Notes: generated by a model not told the origin, from the sequence alone. DNA of 63,546 nucleotides, filler included, from Lenisia limosa (GCA_001655205.1; 14 parts of 14 records of this genome joined end to end with filler, not necessarily neighbours in it); one strand, 5' to 3'. Shown: positions 30,211 to 44,623, numbered from the whole stretch's first letter. Program-made: numbers and translations.

Positions 30211-30588
30211 TGAAGGGTCGGTATTGCTTTATATGCTATGATTATATTTGATGATGATAGAAATATTTATTTATATCATATAATAGTCATGGAGGGGGGG
30301 GACCATCGTCCATCACCAACACCCCCAGGTTCTCTCCCCGGTGGCGTCCACACACACTGCAATCAACNNNNNNNNNNNNNNNNNNNNNNNNNNNNNNNNN
30401 NNNNNNNNNNNTTAATTAATTAANNNNNNNNNNNNNNNNNNNNNNNNNNNNNNNNNNNNNNNNNNNNTGTTTTTAATTGAAGTAAATTCTGAAGATGATC
30501 CTCAAAAATGATATGAATTAACATTATATGATAAGTACTGCAATACTCAACTAATTCTATTAAGGAAAATGTTCATTTGGCTTGTTTT

Positions 30589-31993
30589 CACAGATAGAGG
30601 AAAATTCACAGATATATGGACGGTGTGATATATGATTTTTGGTGTTCATCAGTATTTTGTATTAATTTATTGTAGCTTACGTTGAAAGAAGTATAATCGT
30701 AACAGTAATTTTCATCATAAGCGTGTTCTTCATTGAAACAATCAGAGTGCTCAGCTTCATCTTCACAATCTGATGACACTCGCATTCCAAAGGAAATGGC
30801 TACATAATGGTAAAATGAAGTAGAAAATATGTACGCATACATATATCATATAGCTATATAGCTATATATTATACAAATGTACATTCAATATCTTGGTATA
30901 ATTGTAACAAAATGTGAAGATAAAAGAGAATGTATTTGTATGAGCTCATGCGAGAATGTGTTATGAATGAGGGTATGGCATACACTCAAAAGACTCGGGG
31001 GGCTCGTGTGGCAAAGTAGAGCACAGGGCAGGGATGAGAGAAGGTTTGAGAGCAAAATGCAAGATACCAAACCCATCCTAAAAGGTTACCAGTTCTTCAA
31101 TCAAATATATTCAATAAGAAGCGCCAGGAAGACAATGGAAACTTACTTTGGTAACGAAGTTTGCCAGGGAAGGCATTGCCGCAATGAGAGAAGCAACAAC
31201 AACCTCACTTCCAACAGCCATTGCATAGTGTAAAGGGGTGAGACCAGCCTATATGGTGATATTGGTTTGACATTGGTTCCCTTTTCACTATTTATTTTGA
31301 GAATATGATATGATATGAGTTTCCTACGTTATTAATACACGTCGAATAGTAGAAACTAGACAACGTGGCCAAAAACCCATCGGTATCACCAGCCCCAACT
31401 CACGAAATCAAGTGCAGAGGGGTCAGCGTTATGAGACAAAAGAAGACGTAGGCAGCGATGATTACCTCCCAAGGCGGCATGATGCAGAGGTGTAAGACCA
31501 AACTAGATGTGTGTCAAAAAATAAAGCCATGACCATAAATAGAATACCATTATCAAACCTTGTCACGGGAATAGATATCAGTCTTTCTGTACTGCAGAAG
31601 AACACGAGCACAGCTCAGACGATCGTCAGCAGAGGCAGGGAGAGGCAACTTCTAATGTGGATTAGAGTTGCGTTATCCTCTCGTTTGGTCATATCTAAGG
31701 CTTTTGGTACAAACATCAATACATTCAGTATTGAGGCCTGTTTATACCATTCATCAAATGATTATTTAAGCTATTTTTTGGTAGAAGATGAATTAAGTAA
31801 TAAATAACACTAACACTACCCACAGAATTCCCTTCGGAAGGCATAATAGAAGCAGACGCGAAATGGAGCGCGCTAATTCCAGCCTAAGAGTCATTAAATA
31901 ATATTACGGACAAATCCATCCATAGACTGTAAGAGAGCTTAAAGGAAAACATATCACACCGTCCATATATCTGTGAATTTTCCTCTATCTGTG
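30589..31993. mobile_element. 1.4 kb non-autonomous TIR DNA transposon with CACAG...CTGTG ends
   Basis: Perfect ~43 bp terminal inverted repeats (cacagatagaggaaaattcacagatatatggacggtgtgatat at 30589; reverse complement ending 31993). No intact transposase inside. Confidence 0.8.
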
Positions 31994-33468
31994 ATTTTTT
32001 TGAAATANNNNNNNNNNCTATTTCCAGTTTTTGATTGAGGTTTCTTTGTGTTTATTAATATCTGGGTGGTTTACTTTCAGCTTGTAACTTTATAGCTCCG
32101 TTCACTCTTCATGAAAGCTCAAACCATGTTAACAATGGGCAAAACGCTTTACATTCAATCTCATCCCAAAGTTAGCAGGGTAATTGTGTGTGTTATTTTC
32201 AATACAGGAAAAGTTAATTCAAGAGCCTAAATGGCAATCTTTGAGATGAATTGGGTATTTGATGATGTTCACAGTCTAAGAAAATTCAGATGTTGTATTA
32301 TATGAGATCTGTTTTGTGATAACAGAGATCAAAGAGCTGGTGTCATTATTCTCACATTCTTCAGATGACGATCTACTGGCGAATATGGATGTTGAGTCCG
32401 AACGGACAGGAAGTTCCCTTTTCAGTTCCGAAACCCACACCGGGATGCATGCAGCCGATACTTGGAGTGGAAGAGGCTCAAAAAGCTGAGGCTCAGAAAA
32501 TGAAGTGGGTCATTTTGTTCTGAGGTAAAAATAATAAAATAATTTTTAACCTCTATCGTCTACTGTGGGATCCTTACCACATTGATAATCTGTTAGGGAC
32601 TATCGAGGGGACATTTTGGGCCGGGATGATGCTACTAAGATCGATCCGTTGGATCCTCTCTGGTTCCTCTCTTTCGCACAGAACAAGCCAGGTCATAAAA
32701 TATACGGTTTGTATAATTGCCTTTTGTTTTCTTATTGCTTCTCAGAATTATTTGCCCTCTTTATTCCGAGCGTGTCTGGCCAAGCGGCTGCGTCTCTAGG
32801 CCATCAGCTCGGTGAAACGTTGACCACTGGTTGGGGCTTTTTGTTAGGGGTTGCAAAGCTGAGTATGGTGATTGAAGATTCAGCTCAGTTTCAAAAGAAT
32901 AATAATAATTACACATGATCAGTATGTATATAAATATGATATATGTTGATATAATTATCAACTAACATGTAATGCATTTTCACAAAATTCTTTTCCAAAC
33001 CATATCTTAACAGTTCAGATTTCGCATAGCTGTTCTGCGGCTTTAGGTAATGGTGTTTATTTAATACAGTTTTGAGTACTGTTCTACAGACGGAAAGATG
33101 TTCTTGCCTATTATTTGACACTCAAAGAGAAGAAATAGAGCAGGATGAGTCAACAGGTAAAATTTTGAACGCGAAGTGGGCCAGCTCAGGATCATTTCAT
33201 TCTACAAATCACAAAAATATTTCCTCTAAGGGTGACAGGGTTTTTGTTTGTTATGAGCACCACAAACAGAGAGTGTAATCATTTTAACGTCTCAAAACAA
33301 AGTAAATACCTCTGAATTTCACCAAAGTATATTATGATATGTGAATATCTCCAAAACACAACTTGACAATGACTTCAAGAGCACGGTTACAACTACAACA
33401 AGCCAACAATTACAGGCAACAACGACCCTCTTAAAACCCTAAGAAAGTCCACTGAAAAGATGAAGGGC

Positions 33469-34799
33469 TCAGTCAGCAGCTTTCTTCTTTTTCTTCGCCT
33501 CCTTCGACGACTCAATCCCCTCCTTCTCTGACTGCATCTCTCTTTTCTGTGGCATTATGTATAGAACGAAGTAAAAAGGAAAAGTAGGAAAGCACTTGTT
33601 AGAGTTGAATCATTACAATACAGCAGAGATGAGATGGGTCAACTTTGATACATGATGACTTAACCCAATCATCTGCTTATAACTCCTCTGTACAGCTTTC
33701 TGCGTGCTTCCTCAGCATATGATATCAAACTCTGAGATTCATGAATAAGGATATTTGCCCCTGTACTTCTAACTCGTTTTTTACCACGGATCCAAGAGGA
33801 GTTAGCGAGTATTATTACAAGTGATATTCGTTTTGGTCAGAGAAGTGTCACTGCCGATTAATTGCGTCATCTCCCTACCAAATCAGGGTTCCTGCGAGTG
33901 AGGAGGAGGACGTCATCCATAGTCACAGTTGCGCGCTTTGCGTGACGTGCGAACGCAGCAAGGTCAGCTGTCCATGTGTCTGGGGGTGGGGGTCAATATG
34001 CGACTTGACAAGGAATTGAATTGACAGTGTTTTTGTGTGTGAAGCCTTGAAGCTTAAGATGGTGGACAAGGTTTGAAGAAAACAAGTGTAATTCTCCCAG
34101 TCTTGAGCCAAAGATGTCAACTTCAGCTTGAAGCCTTTCTCATGTTGCACATGATTCAAAAAAGTTATCATTATCTTCTTGGACAGGAAACAGGCAAAGC
34201 AGGAAAGGGAATTGAGATGGAGATGAAAGACGATCACGCTTGTAAGAGATATTGGATAATAGTATAATTTTAATTCACAATAATTTGCCTACAACTCTGT
34301 GCACACAGCTTTCTTTGTGACCCCCCAGCATACCTTTAGATATGATATCAAATACCTATCTCATATTTTCCATTACGATTTTCACATTGTCAGCAAAGAC
34401 TAAATTTTCCCATCAACATCTGTACTGCACATGCACATGTACAGGGACAGGCAGAGACACCCAATACCTAATGATAATAGGATGTAATAGATGAGAAATA
34501 ATATGAAGGAACTCTGAAGAACATTCCCAGAAATTGATATTGTAAATTGAAAATCACATTTTCCAACTGACCATTCATTTTATCAAGGAGAACAGCCATT
34601 GTAGCGGTTGCCTCAGGAGTAACGCTTATCGCGAGAGAAGGTTCTAAAAGGGTGAAGACAATTTGGAAACTTACGCATTATTTCCACAGTTTGAGCCTAA
34701 ATATAGTTATAGTTAAAGGGAAGGACACGAGAGATAGCTTACAACGCTGTAAGCAAGGCGTTTCTTGAATTTTAGTTCGAGTTTCTCGCTTTCGTCCAT
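33469..34799 (-). CDS. CENPS: CENP-S/MHF1 histone-fold protein
   Basis: Spliced: MDESEKLELKFKKRLAYSV|AQTVEIM..|EPSLAISVTPEATATMAVLLDKMN|DTWTADLAAFARHAKRATVTMDDVLLTRRNPDL|..EAKKKKKAAD*. The DL..FARHAKR.T...DV motif is typical of CENP-S. Confidence 0.8.
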
Positions 34800-34884
34800 G
34801 CTTCTAAGCTTCTATCTTCTAAGCTTATAAATAACAGCTTATTATAGGCTGATTATAGGTTTATAATAACTGAAATAAATGTAT

Positions 34885-35390
34885 TTATCGATTGACCTCG
34901 AAATTTATCGAGAATATCAGTCTAGAAGGCCCGCCCGCAGAGCTTCTCCGCTTCCCACGCTTCGTTAAACTGTCACACACACCAAAGTAAGTCAACAAGA
35001 AATTAGACAAAAGTGACAGCTGACGAGGAATATAGAATTTTTTCGGAGTAAGTGCGTTGCCAACTTCCAGAGATGCCACAGCCTGTCATTAATGGTATTT
35101 CTTTTGGTCTTACAATGATTTTAAAACTGACCGCCTATAGAGGACGAAATCCTTGGCTGCACCAATTCCGAGGAGCTTCAGATTCATGCCAGAGAGCTTC
35201 TCAAGCGCCTTCGGCTTGCTTATGATGTGTATGAATCTATAGTGCGGCAAATTCCCCAGATTTCTTGTGCCTTTCCTCTCATTTTTTTTTCTGATATTGT
35301 AGCGGAACCAGTAAAACCGAGCATCTTCAAGAGGAGATGGAACTTCTGAGAAAAGAAAAGGAGGTTCTTTTGTCTTCACATCATGAAGAA
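34885..35390 (-). CDS. small hypothetical protein
   Basis: Open exon 35110-35379 plus downstream GT-AG-bounded segments. No family recognised. Confidence 0.3.
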
Positions 35391-35576
35391 GCTGTTGGGG
35401 GGGGGGGTTACTATGAGAAGGGAAAGTTTATTTCACGCTGTTTCGGACAGTCTTTCCTTTATTATCTCAGCTAGTGAGTAAGTATCACCTGTTTAAACTG
35501 AATTTACACCGATAGTCAAGCACTAACAGCGTAGTCTCGCCTCAGAAAGAAGACCTCAGAGCTCGCATCGCAGAAC

Positions 35577-38500
35577 ATGGACTTGGCAGAATCCCTTGAC
35601 CAGGCCAATACTAAGCTCAGGCAGGGTTAGTGATAATTGAATGGTTGTTTTTTTTATCACATTGTTCTATCATAAGTATTTCCACGGCATGACTGACGGC
35701 TTAGACAAGCAGAACATGTCACAACTTCACCAGCGTGTTGAGAGAATGTCAAACTTGATCCAGGTGCTGGGGTTTTCTGATGTTGGTAGTTTGGCAGAGT
35801 GGAGGAGCTCAAAGAAGTAATGTTTCCATACTGGATGTGAATACATGCTTATACTTTCTGATTTTTCAACTGCACCCCTCTCACCAGTAAAGGAGAGGGA
35901 GAACAAGCTCTGGAGTTTCCTTTTCACAGAGTCACCTTTTGGCGACATGGGGCGAAGCCTTGCTGAGGACCAGCCATGTGAGCTTTTTCATTTTTTGCAA
36001 TCAAAATTGTGTATTAAGGGGTTAAGATATGATATTGTGTAATTATAGCTTTATCCTTAGTTTAAACGATTCTTTCACACACAATGAGATCACTACACAT
36101 GCGTTCTATTTGTTACCCATGTCGTTAGACCTAACATTGACAGCGACTGACACGTCATCACAAGCCGCAAGCGAAGCCGAACTTGATGCCTTTATCGGTC
36201 TCAAAGTGGGTTGTTCAGCCAGTTGTTGATACCTATTCTCGTGATGCAACTCCTTGAAGTTCATTTTGGAGCTTTTTTCTGACCATTTTAGCATTTAAAA
36301 GACGACAACATTTCAATGAATGATGTATGCTGGATGGTGAAGATGTGAAATTTTTGTACGTAACAAGCCTATAATTGGGCTTTGTGCTCACGAGAGGGAG
36401 TGGATTTGAAAAACCTGAAATAATATTTTCTGGCTTTTGGGGTATCCAGACAAAGGGCCCATTTGACGTAATGTAGCTTCCGACTTTCGAGATAACTGAT
36501 GAGATCCGGGGATCCTTGCGCACTCGTGACTTCAACATGTGGGAGTACTCGCAATACGAACTGGTAGGCCGTGGTAGCTGTCCTGCGCGACCTGGTAGGC
36601 CGTGGTGGCTGTCCTGCGCGACCTTAGATACAAATAGTTCGCAAATGTGAAACCATTTTTGTTTGATTTTCCTTAGGAGGACCTTTTGTGCATTATCCTG
36701 GAGGATATGTCCTCAGGATTGGAGAAACCGTTACATATGGAAGACATCAAAGCTTTCGTTATGGTGGGTAGATCTTTTAAATTAATAGTAGTAATTGAGA
36801 AGGCATTTGTTGTAATATTAAATCGATTTATCAGCCCCTTGTTTATGTAATAGGTTGTGCGAAAGAACTACAACAACGTCAAATATCACTGTTGGGAACA
36901 TTGTTTCTCTGTGACTCAGGTATGTTCTTATACACAAAATATTAGTATGATATACGATATTTACAAATCCAAATTCACATTAAAAAAATCATACAAGTAA
37001 ACCCCCATCATGGTCCAGATGATGTACGTCTTCATTTACGATCTTCAACTGCGGTCTGTCTTTGACCCCGTCGAAATCCTGAGTCTCATCTTATCGTGTT
37101 TGGTTCATGACTTACAGCATCCTGGTGAGGGTGGTCTCTTTTATCATAAGATCGTATGAAATTTCGCTTTATAGTCAACACAGTATCAGGACAAATCTAC
37201 ATTGTAATCTTGACTTAATCCTCTCAGGCCTCAACAACGCCTATCAAGTTGCCGCTCTCACTGATCTTGCCATTCGCTACTCCGACATCAGCCCCCTGGA
37301 GAACCACCACTGTGCTACTGCATACCCTCTTTTGAGGTAAACTTCATAATGTCACTCACATGATCTTCTGGATTCTTGATACTAATGGACCGAATTAGTT
37401 GGACATTCGCCACGAATTTGATCTTTCAGAGCGCTTCTCAGTGGACAAGAACCTGAGCTCTTCAATCAAATTCGCAAGGCTGTTATCGACTGTAAGCTTG
37501 GTGGTAGATGTAGATAGCCTGTGATATTCATTCTGATACTCTACGGAAGTCAAGATCTAAGGGTCCCCCTTGCTATTTTCTGACGTCCCAGGTGTTCTTG
37601 CCACTGATATGGCAAAACATGTCAGTTTCATTGGCTCCTTAGACGATGCGGTTGAGAAATTCGAGTGAGCTGCACATTGTAAATTGAATAGAGGAATGTG
37701 CATCGTTTTCTTCTTGAGTGCTCTTTGATATTTTTTTATTTTTATTTTTATTATTATTTACAACAATAATAACTTAAAAATCTTTGTTCTAATACATGTA
37801 TTATCCTAGCGTCGTCGAGGAATACTAATCTTTTTTCCAAACAGTTGGAAGTCCCCATCTGACCGTCTGCTTATTATGAAGCTCCTTGTCAAAATGAGTG
37901 ACGTTTCCAATGAACTGCGACGTGAGTTTTTTGGGTAGTATCCTGGATATCAATTCCGTATTACCACCACCATCATCACCACACACCTTATGTCCTGACC
38001 ATACAGCATGGCCTGTTGCCCGGCCGTGGGCCGATAAGCTGCTAGCCGAGTTTGCGGAACAGACCGAAACGGAAATAGCCAATAATCTGCCTGTCACTGA
38101 GTGGATGAGAACTGTCAACGTCGTCCAGCCTAAAATGCAGGTTCGTGTCAGGATTTCTCTCTCTCTTCCGTATGGTTCTCTGGTATTGCAACTATTATCT
38201 CATTTCTCTCCAACTGGGATCAATAGCCCAAGATAACTTCCATATTACTCTGGTTAACACCTCCAGTTGAACTTCATTACGCATGTCTTGATGCCAATGT
38301 ACGAGGCCATGAAGTGAGCTAGACGCGTTGAATATTCATAAATTTGGGCTTTACATAGGTCCAAGTAACGACAGAACATTTCAGAAAATTCTTTATAGTA
38401 TCGATATTTCAGCCTTTTCAGACCGTAATAATCAAGTCAGAGTAGTCAACTGCATTCTAGTACTTTGATGCATGTTGGCATTTCTGACCCTCCAGGAACA

Positions 38501-38742
38501 TCTTCCCGAAACTCTCTTCATTCTGCGACCGCCTGTCAATGGCTCGTAACAGATGGCAGGTATGTAAACTTGAAAAATGGCAAGATGTAAACCGTGGTCT
38601 GGACGAGAAATCCATCAACGAATCATATTTCTCATACCTTCGTACCGAAGGGATGATGGACTATTATCTTACTCTGCGTAGGAGGAGTACAACAAGTATA
38701 TTGCTTCAACAGAGCAAGACTACACCCAGTAAATCTGTCTGA
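35577..38742 (+). CDS. class I cyclic-nucleotide phosphodiesterase, PDE9-like
   Basis: Exons give [22 protein letters not shown]|[18 protein letters not shown]|[54 protein letters not shown] and [13 protein letters not shown]: the HD-domain PDE metal-binding motifs. Confidence 0.92.
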
Positions 38743-39886
38743 CTGTATTAATCCCCCTTTTTGATTTCAACATAATATACATGTATAAATAAAAGAAACG
38801 AGTACAGTACAGTTAAATAGAATATACCTGAGAAAACAACAAAAGAAAGGTAAAATGGACTAATATACACTGTAAAATGGAGCTTCACTCTTTTGGATTG
38901 AGAGGAAATTTGGTCAAGTCGAGTCTGAATAACGAGTAAAAAACAGGTTGGAAATGGGGAAGGACAAATGTAAACCGTCTCACTCAATTATATCTTGAAG
39001 GTCATCTGGTAAGCCTGAAGTCTTTCTGAAATACTTCCTAAAATCTTATTTCCAAAGCTTATTGGAGCATTGACAGAGATGACAATAAAAATGTGTACAG
39101 ACTGTTTGGTTTCGCATCACGCATCATGAGCACTCTTTCTCCCACCCAACATTATTCGCTTGAGTCGGCTATAACTACAGTTCTCCGGGAGCTCCCTCCT
39201 CCAAACGTCAACACCAAGGTTCTGCATGACGCCAACAACACGACAGTAGTCTTGGATCATGGACGGGGTCGGCTGAGATGAGTTATACTAATCACAGCAA
39301 AAAGCATTTCAATAAAAAAGAGACCAGATGTATTTTGACCCCCCCCCCCCCNNNNNNNNNNNNNNNNNNNNNNNNNNNNNNNNNNNNNNNNNNNNNNNNN
39401 NNNNNNNNNNNNGCCGCATAGAGTCGCTGCCATTCTGGAGAGTTGAGTGTCGGAATATCACTTGTTTAAAAAAGATGGGCAAAATTATGAGGATATTTGC
39501 AGCATTTCCCCCAACCGAAGTGTGCTAATGATTTCTGGAATCTATGTTATTGCATCCCCATTATTATTCATAGTATTCTTGTTTTTTTTTTCTCCTACTT
39601 GAACTAAAGCGACAACTTCTTCAAAGGTCTCAACTTTTACAAAGGGCTTCTGTGAGGCAACATAGTCCCATAAATCGCTGTTCACATTTCTTAAGAGTTA
39701 TATGATTTAGTTTAATTTCCATCTTCTCCAACTAAGTTGAAGTGGCATAAACTTTTCAAGATGATGGAAAAAGAACAAATGAGTTGTGAGTAGGACTTCA
39801 CTTCCATTCGAAAAAGACCGGTAAAATATCGATAGTTTTAGAGGATTTATCGAGAAATTCAGTCATTTTCAAACCGAAGTGAAGAC

Positions 39887-42637
39887 CTAGTTGCGAGCCC
39901 CTAACTTGAAAACTCTTGCCACGAGGTCCTGTAGTCGATTGATGTCATTGATCGGAGCAATTGTGGGTAGAGTAGTTGAGAAAGTACCAGGGACAGGGGA
40001 AAGAGCCGGAGAAGATGTCTGGTGGATTAGCTCAGAGAAGGTTGAAATTGTTGAGATCTGACATCAAAGTAGTAGTAGTGTGTTGATAATCTATCAAAGT
40101 AAGGCTTTAGGATGAACTGGCTTACATTTGATATGGAATCAACCTTGGTGTTGGTGGGAGATGGGTTTACTGATTGGATGGGCTTGGCTTCTTGGACTGA
40201 ACAATGTAAGAGCAAACCAAGATTGCTATAATGAGAAATGTAAACTGACCAGGGTTGACAAATAAATACAACAACTGACGAGGAATAGAGTCTATCCACC
40301 CTTGACTCCCCTACATACCCCCCTCCTTCCATCATTTACAATAATTTGTCCATCCATACACAGGGCTTCAATTAAGAACCGATAAAAATGGATATGAGAT
40401 GTATCAAGAAATCCAGTTTTTTTATGGTGACCCACTTTGATACGGCTTGAAGCTCTTGGGGGCAGCTGGTTGGTTAGAGCTTGAAGGGGCAGATGATGGG
40501 GGTTGGATGGGGACAAGCGGAGGAGAACGTTTGGATTTTGACTTGGGTTTCACTTTAGATCGAGAGGCGGACGGAGGGGGGTTGACTCTCTTAACCCGGC
40601 TTTCTTCTTCTGAAATTTTGGCTAATGCGCTCGAAACGGGCTTGCTTGGCACTACAATTGTGAAAGGAGAGAAGAAGTCTTCTTCACAAAATATTAATTA
40701 GGAAGTAAATGACTTTGAAACCATCATACAGAGCGGAGATGCGGGTTGCAGTTTAGGGGAAGACTTGGGAGATGGTGCTGGGTTTTCAACTAAAGCAATC
40801 AGATGTCTGCAAGTGAAATATCTAAAAATGGGAAACGGCTGAAGCTGTTTTTCCTTACGGTGCACCTAGATTTCTACATGCCTCCAAGTATACTGAATAA
40901 TAGATTGCCAATTGATAAAAATATATAATCTATGATGAAATATGATGCAATAATCTCCACATGCTAACACCGAACGGTATATTGCATGATAATATACTTG
41001 AGTTATAAGGCCAATACTCTTTTATGCGTGATTACATACCTTGATTAAGAGGAACCATGCCCGGCACAGTGGTAACAGGGATGCTGGTGACAGTTTCAGC
41101 TGCTGGTACGTCTTTTTCAGAAGTGGATTGTTTAAGTGCTGATGGTGGGGCAAACGGTTTTGATGAAGGGGGGAGGGAGGGTGATTGTGAATTTAATGGG
41201 TGGAGGGAAGGAGTTGATGGTAAGGGGTTGGAAGTTGGTTGTAAGTTTGGAGACGTGCTTGGAGTCAAAATTACTGGCGTAGAGACAATGGCACGGGATG
41301 ATTTATCTGTGAGAGGGTGAGTGTTGCTTTTGTCACCATTCATACTCCCATGGGGTAGACTGCTACTTCTTTTCGTTGATAGTTTGTCTCCGGGCGGAAC
41401 AGGTTCTGGAGAGGTTCGCGGTGTGGATAGTGGTGTGTGGTTAGTACTGAGGAGTGGAGGTGGAGTGACAGGCGTTGTTTCTTTAACGGATGTGGTAGTG
41501 GACGTGTCTGCATCAGGGATGGAAACTGGAGGCTTGGATGGCGTGGTTTTGGGGAAATACACTGGAGGTGCGGGTCTCTAAGAGCTGTGAGAGAGCATTG
41601 GCATGATTGGGTTGGAGAGAGCTACCTTTTTCTCTATTAAGACGGGTTTATTATTGTGAGCTCGAACTGGAGCCTTAATAATATAGAAGTGTCAAGATTT
41701 GTTGGTTCATGATAACAAAAGGGCACCTTAATCAAAGGGGGAAGAAAAACAAAAATATATGATATGTATAATACATTATATTTGGGAAATTGCATCAATA
41801 AATGAGATTGTGAATCTGAATATTTTCCTCCGTCCATGGAAACTCAACAAACCTTCAAAGGGCTGGACAAAGGCTGTGTGGGCTGCGATATGGGGACAAC
41901 GGGCTTGAAAAGAGGCTTTGGAGGTTGGCTCAGTGCTGCCGTCGGAGGACTGACTTTCGACGCCGCCTAAATGAGAAAAGTAAGGTCAATATTCTGGGGT
42001 TAAAACCCCTCATTGATTTGTGTAACGTCAGTAGACAAATTCACCATGAGCGCTACATTCATCGATAAGTAGTGATTTCCAGCCGTCTTTGAGTAACCTT
42101 ATTCATGAAGTAGTGGAATAGATGTATCACTCTAATTTGAAATACAACTAGTAAAGGCCGTGTCAAAGTTGCAAATAATAACATCACATTTATAAAGGCT
42201 CTCTTTTGGTTTCTCGTCATTGCATTGTATACATAAACATAAAATACATAATATGATATATTACGCTATTGTTTGAGAGTTAAAATAGCCCCTTTGACAA
42301 ATATCCACCCTATTATCCCAAATTGTTCATTAACCCCCAAGATTTCCCTTTGAAATATGCCAAGCACAAAACCCACCTTGTCACCAAAAGGCTTGTTCCC
42401 GGACCAAGCTGGCGACCTCAGGAGGGATTGCGGCCGAGTGATTTGCGGCTGAGAGAGCGTTGTTGTTGGCTTCGAGATTGGCTTAATGGCCTTCTTCGGT
42501 ATCAGTACCGTCTCAGATTTGCTGCCCTCTGTTTTGATGCGCATTGGCTTGGAAGGCATCCTGAGCTTTGCCCCTGCTTTTGGAGAGTTTGGAGGCTGAA
42601 GAGTGAGAATAGGAAAATCTAAAGGAATAAGTACCAT
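39887..42637 (-). CDS. hypothetical Pro/Ser/Thr-rich low-complexity protein
   Basis: Long open P/S/T-rich exons (41032-41562, 40422-40652, 42266-42637) with GT-AG borders, ending ..DINRLQDLVARVFKLGARN*. Confidence 0.55.
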
Positions 42638-43179
42638 TTCCTTGCTACTTCTGACGTTCAGTTCGATATAATTTTACAATTATGGCATAGAAGGGCCGAA
42701 AGGGAAATTAATTGATTAAGTGAGTTCGCTAAACTCCGTTCTCTTGAGATTGGCTTTCTAGTTTTACTACTTCAGAGTTTATTGAGGACATTTAAAAACG
42801 GTTGTAGAGCAAATGAGAGCAAAGTATAAAAACACACATTGTGGTCATGATCGTGGATCATGAGTTCAGTTCTTTGCAGTCGTGTACGCATTTTCAAAAG
42901 ATTGCGTCTTTCAACAGCCAACCAGCCTCCTTTATCAAGCCCTTTAATGCTATGTAATTCTATCATGGATGTGTTTTTTTTAGGAATGATTGAAGGGACT
43001 CAACCCTTAAGAAATTGCGAAAAGCACAGGAGGCCCATGCCAAGCATAAGAACATACACATCAGAAACAACACCAACTACACATCACCCAGAAGAAAACG
43101 GAAGTTGACAGGTCTACCCTTACCATTGGGCCTAAAACGTGAGAAGGGAAGCGGGTGAAACAAAACAAAAAAAAAAGTA

Positions 43180-43260
43180 ATCCTCAGAGTGAGCTGGGTT
43201 ATGGTAACATCACAAGGATCAGAAGACAGTCGTGATAAAAAAGAATCGTCATCGGAGATG
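43180..43260 (-). ncRNA. box C/D snoRNA family A, copy 1 (snR71/SNORD29-type D guide plus snR73/SNORD35-type D' guide)
   Basis: ATGACGA..TCACGACTGTCTT-CTGA..GTGATG..AACCCAGCTCACT-CTGA with a short terminal stem. Guides pair with conserved LSU GUGAGCUGGGUU and AGAC(C)GUCGUGA. Confidence 0.85.
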
Positions 43261-43613
43261 AGAAGGTACAAAAGAGGAGGGGAGCAAACCTTGTCAGCAG
43301 CTGCAGACGGAACCATGAAGTGAAGCAACAGAGAGAGTTGTTCTAAAAATATTAGACAAGTGGTANNNNNNNNNNNNNNNNNNNNNNNNNNNNNNNNNNN
43401 NNNNNNNNNNNNNNNNNNNNNNNNNNNNNNNNNNNNNNNNNNNNNNNNNNNNNNNNNNNNNNNNNNNNNNNNNNNNNNNNNAATTCCAAAAGAGAGCAAA
43501 GCACCTTACAAACCTTGAGTGAAGACTAGACACTTTGCTGTCATTTCATGGGGAAAGAAACTATCTAAGATAATCAGATGGGAAGAAAGGAGGCACCAAT
43601 TGCAAAACGGACA

Positions 43614-43695
43614 ATCCTCAGAGTGAGCTGGGTTATGGTGACATCACAAGGATCAGAAGACAGTCGTGATAAAAAAAGAATCGTCATCGGAGATG
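43614..43695 (-). ncRNA. box C/D snoRNA family A, copy 2
   Basis: Near-identical to copy 1. Confidence 0.85.
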
Positions 43696-43831
43696 GGAAG
43701 GTACAAAAGAGGAGGGGAGCAAACCTTGTCAGCAGCTGCGGACGGAACCATGAAGTGAAGCAACAGAGAGAGTTGTTCTAAAAATATTAGACAAGTGGTA
43801 TGAGACAACGTGTCGTATTTTTTTTGAAAAA

Positions 43832-43900
43832 GGTCTCAGTTGAATCCCTTGGAATCCTCACATTCATTCAGTGGAAAGCTGTGTAAATAACCTCATAGAC
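43832..43900 (-). ncRNA. box C/D snoRNA family B, copy 1
   Basis: GTCT-ATGAGG..CAGCTTTCCA-CTGA..GTGAGG..CCAAGGGATTCAA-CTGA-GAC with a GTC/GAC terminal stem. Confidence 0.75.
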
Positions 43901-44027
43901 AATTCCTTCCAGAGGAAAGGTGTACCCAACAAACCTGATATCGAATGTCAAAGTTCGGCTGGACACGCAAAGGGATAATCTAAAAGAGTTAGAAGAGAAT
44001 AGCGATGGAAGAAATATGTTAACACGA

Positions 44028-44108
44028 TTCCTCAGAGTGAGCTGGGTTATGGTAACATCACAAGGATCAGAAGACAGTCGTGATAAAAAAGAATCGTCAT
44101 CGGAGATG
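44028..44108 (-). ncRNA. box C/D snoRNA family A, copy 3
   Basis: Near-identical to copy 1. Confidence 0.85.
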
Positions 44109-44233
44109 GGAAGGCACACAAGAGGTGGGGAACAAACCTTGTCAGCAGTTACGCTTGACATTTGAAGGAAGCTACAGGGATACTCTAAATTAATCAGAAT
44201 GATAAACTACAATATGATGCTTTTGAAATAAAT

Positions 44234-44302
44234 GGTCTCAGTTGAATCCCTAGGTATCCTCACATTCATTCAGTGGAAAGCTGTGTAAATAACCTCATAG
44301 AC
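44234..44302 (-). ncRNA. box C/D snoRNA family B, copy 2
   Basis: As B1; guide variant CCTAGGGATTCAA. Confidence 0.75.
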
Positions 44303-44439
44303 TATCATAAGCTAGTAGAGCCTCCCACAAACCTTGAATAGAACCTTCAATGACACTTATGCTGATAATCCATTCGAAGTGAATGCATCTAAGAAGACAG
44401 TTAGGGGGAAAAAGGGGGTGACAAAACGCAGAAAAAGTT

Positions 44440-44499
44440 ATCCTCAGAGTGAGCTGGGTTATGGTAACATCACAAGGATCAGAAGACAGTCGTGATAAA
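44440..44499 (-). ncRNA. box C/D snoRNA family A, copy 4 (5' end in N gap)
   Basis: Matches copy 1 up to the gap at 44500. Confidence 0.75.
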
Positions 44500-44623
44500 N
44501 NNNNNNNNNGGGTCAGATGAGATGTCGGAACAAACCTTGTCAAGCGTTGGGGATTGTAGTACAAAGAAGAACTGGAGAAATTAGAAAAGAAATACACAAT
44601 TAATATTGTTGGTGAATATAAAT

